DNA of 64,000 nt from Thermoanaerobaculia bacterium (GTDB lineage: Bacteria > Acidobacteriota > Thermoanaerobaculia > Multivoradales > UBA5704): the NCBI GenBank assembly GCA_044226625.1, contig JBGAGQ010000011.1, positions 1 to 64,000 of the forward strand, read 5' to 3'. The notes under the pieces were generated by a model. It searched no databases, was not told the origin of the DNA, and saw only the letters and a program-made list of their open reading frames with translations. Within the stretch, counting starts at the first letter, position 1; each line of letters opens with the position of its first letter. Below are positions 62,145 through 64,000 of the stretch, piece by piece. The position numbers and the translations under genes were made by a program.

Positions 62145-62550
62145 AACTCGTTTTCCCCCCGCCAAGCAACACCGAGCCGGCCACCAACGCCGACTTCATC
62201 GAATCGGCTCGTATCGATCACCTCGCTCACCGGGAATTCTCGATTCGCAAAGCTCTCCCATACCGCGGAGCGTGCCCGCGGCATTGAGCCAAAGCATTCG
62301 CCGATCGTCGAGCGACATTCGGATTAAAAGGTAATATTAATCCGCCGCAGCCACGCGAAGGCTTTCGATGTTACAACCCAATTTTTCTTTCCAAAGTTGT
62401 CTCGTCTTCGTTGGGGCCTAGCACCTCCAGAGTTGTAATCGTCGCGAGAAGGAAGTCTTCCCCGGAATGTCGGATGTTAAGTAAAGCCGATTTTCCAAAG
62501 GTCTGCTTCGGCCTCGCCCTGACACACAATCCTTATCAAAGGAGAAGAGC

Positions 62551-64000
62551 ATGGACCGTCCCACAAACTCCCCGACTGACCAACGTACGCAAAGCCCCTC
62601 GGCGGCGGATTCACCCGGCGTGAGCCGGCGCGGCTTCCTCGGCGGCATGGGTACCGCCGCCGCGGCGATTGCGGTCGGAGGCGCGGCGCTCGAACCCGCG
62701 CTCACCGGCGCCGTCGCCGAAGCGGCGGAGATCGGGCCGCTCGGCAACAACCAGCGGCGCAACGCGGCGGCCGCGTACCGCAGAGAAGCCGCGCAGTTCT
62801 GGAAGCAGGCAGGCTTTCCCGACCACCCCACGAACAGCGACGAGAAGCTCTATCCGAACAAGATCGGCAACTACTCCAAGGGGCTACCGCACAACGCCTT
62901 CGGCGAGGTCGACGAGGGTGCGTACGACAGCCTGATCGACGCGTTGTCCTCCGGCGATCCGAAGGATTTCGAGGACATCATCTTGGGCGGTTCGGGCGCC
63001 GGTCCGGTGGGAAAACTGGTCAATCCCCAGTGCGGCCTCGCGTTCGACCTCGAAGGCTCCGATGCCCATCAGCACGCGATTCCTCCGGCGCCCGCCCTGG
63101 CGAGCGCCGAGGAGGCCGCGGAGGAGATCGAGCTCTACTGGATGTCGCTGCTGCGCGACGTGAACTTCAACGACTACGCGACGAACCCGCTCGCCCAGCG
63201 CGCGGTCTTGGAGCTCGACAGCCTACCGCCCTCGGCTTTCAAGGGACCGCGGATCGGCGGCCACGTCACCGCGCAGTCGCTGTTCCGCGACGTCGGCCCG
63301 GGAATGACCGACGGACCGTACCTGTCGCAGTTTTTCCTTCTGCCGACGCCGTTCGGCGCGGAGTACGTCGACCGGCGTTCGCGAGTGTTCGCGCCGGGCA
63401 CGAACTTCCTAACGAACGCGTCGACCTGGGTGAACGCCCAGAACGGCGGCGTGCCGATCGAGACCGCCGTGTTCGACTCGCAGCGCCGCTACATCCGCAA
63501 CGGCCGCGACATCGGCCGGTGGGTGAACATCGACGTCCTGTTCCAGGGCTACTTCAACGCCTGCCTGATTCTCCTTACCCCGCCGGACGGCGCCGATCCG
63601 CTCTCCGGTGGCATCGGCTGCCCCTTCAACCCGGGGAATCCGTACACCAGCTCGGCCACCCAGTTCGGCTTCGGAACGTTCGGCCCTCCGGGGATCAAAG
63701 CGTTGATGTGCGAGGTCGCGAGCCGCGCCTTGAAGGCGGTCTGGTTCCAGAAGTGGTTCGTCCATCGGCGCCTTCGGCCCGAGGCGTACGGCGGTCTGGT
63801 CCACTGGCAGAAGGCGACCAACCGCTATCCGGGAGTGCTCCACCCGAGCGTCCTCGGCTCGGAGGCGGTCGACCGGGTCCACACCCAGTACGGCACCTAC
63901 TTCCTGCCGATGGCATTCCCGGAAGGTTCTCCCACCCACCCGGCTTACGGCGCAGGACACGCCACGGTGGCGGGCGCTTGCGTCACGATCCTGAAGGCTC
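62551..64000 (+). CDS. Second Tat-exported vanadium-dependent haloperoxidase, 3'-truncated by the window edge
   Basis: AAAGGAG RBS, ATG at 62551, and MDRPTNS...SRRGFLGG Tat motif. It is collinear with 58415..60148 (NYSKGLPHN, ELYWM, QKWFVHRRLRPE, HPAYGAGHA). It is not in the ORF track because there is no stop in the window. Confidence 0.92.
   Translation, partial: MDRPTNSPTDQRTQSPSAADSPGVSRRGFLGGMGTAAAAIAVGGAALEPALTGAVAEAAEIGPLGNNQRRNAAAAYRREAAQFWKQAGFPDHPTNSDEKLYPNKIGNYSKGLPHNAFGEVDEGAYDSLIDALSSGDPKDFEDIILGGSGAGPVGKLVNPQCGLAFDLEGSDAHQHAIPPAPALASAEEAAEEIELYWMSLLRDVNFNDYATNPLAQRAVLELDSLPPSAFKGPRIGGHVTAQSLFRDVGPGMTDGPYLSQFFLLPTPFGAEYVDRRSRVFAPGTNFLTNASTWVNAQNGGVPIETAVFDSQRRYIRNGRDIGRWVNIDVLFQGYFNACLILLTPPDGADPLSGGIGCPFNPGNPYTSSATQFGFGTFGPPGIKALMCEVASRALKAVWFQKWFVHRRLRPEAYGGLVHWQKATNRYPGVLHPSVLGSEAVDRVHTQYGTYFLPMAFPEGSPTHPAYGAGHATVAGACVTILKA

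Overview
GC-rich bacterial chromosomal window. The gene style and secreted-protein families suggest Acidobacteriota (Thermoanaerobaculia-like); this is inference. Bases 1-10.1 kb are accessory. They hold a Type IIG/IIL-like restriction-modification gene frameshifted by a 4-bp duplication, then a compact divergent module: a 126-aa helical protein facing a strictly 21-bp-periodic repeat array, each arm ending in its own intrinsic terminator. An RHH/Cys-His protein pair, a secreted PKD protein and an AT-richer multi-TM alpha/beta-hydrolase follow. The core region holds ruvA, a PpiD/SurA chaperone, mreBCD-mrdA-rodA-rng followed by a Kdo-kinase/glycoside-hydrolase fusion, lhr, hrpB, ychF, TetR/MarR units, a pckA with an internal deletion, argS, rlmN, prfA and rpmE. 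The window ends with two Tat-exported vanadium-dependent haloperoxidase paralogues; the second runs off the window and is absent from the ORF track. The best candidates for novel biology are the repeat/helical-protein module (4054-5005), the paired haloperoxidase locus and the membrane hydrolase. No rRNA, tRNA, CRISPR array, integrase or transposase was recognised.
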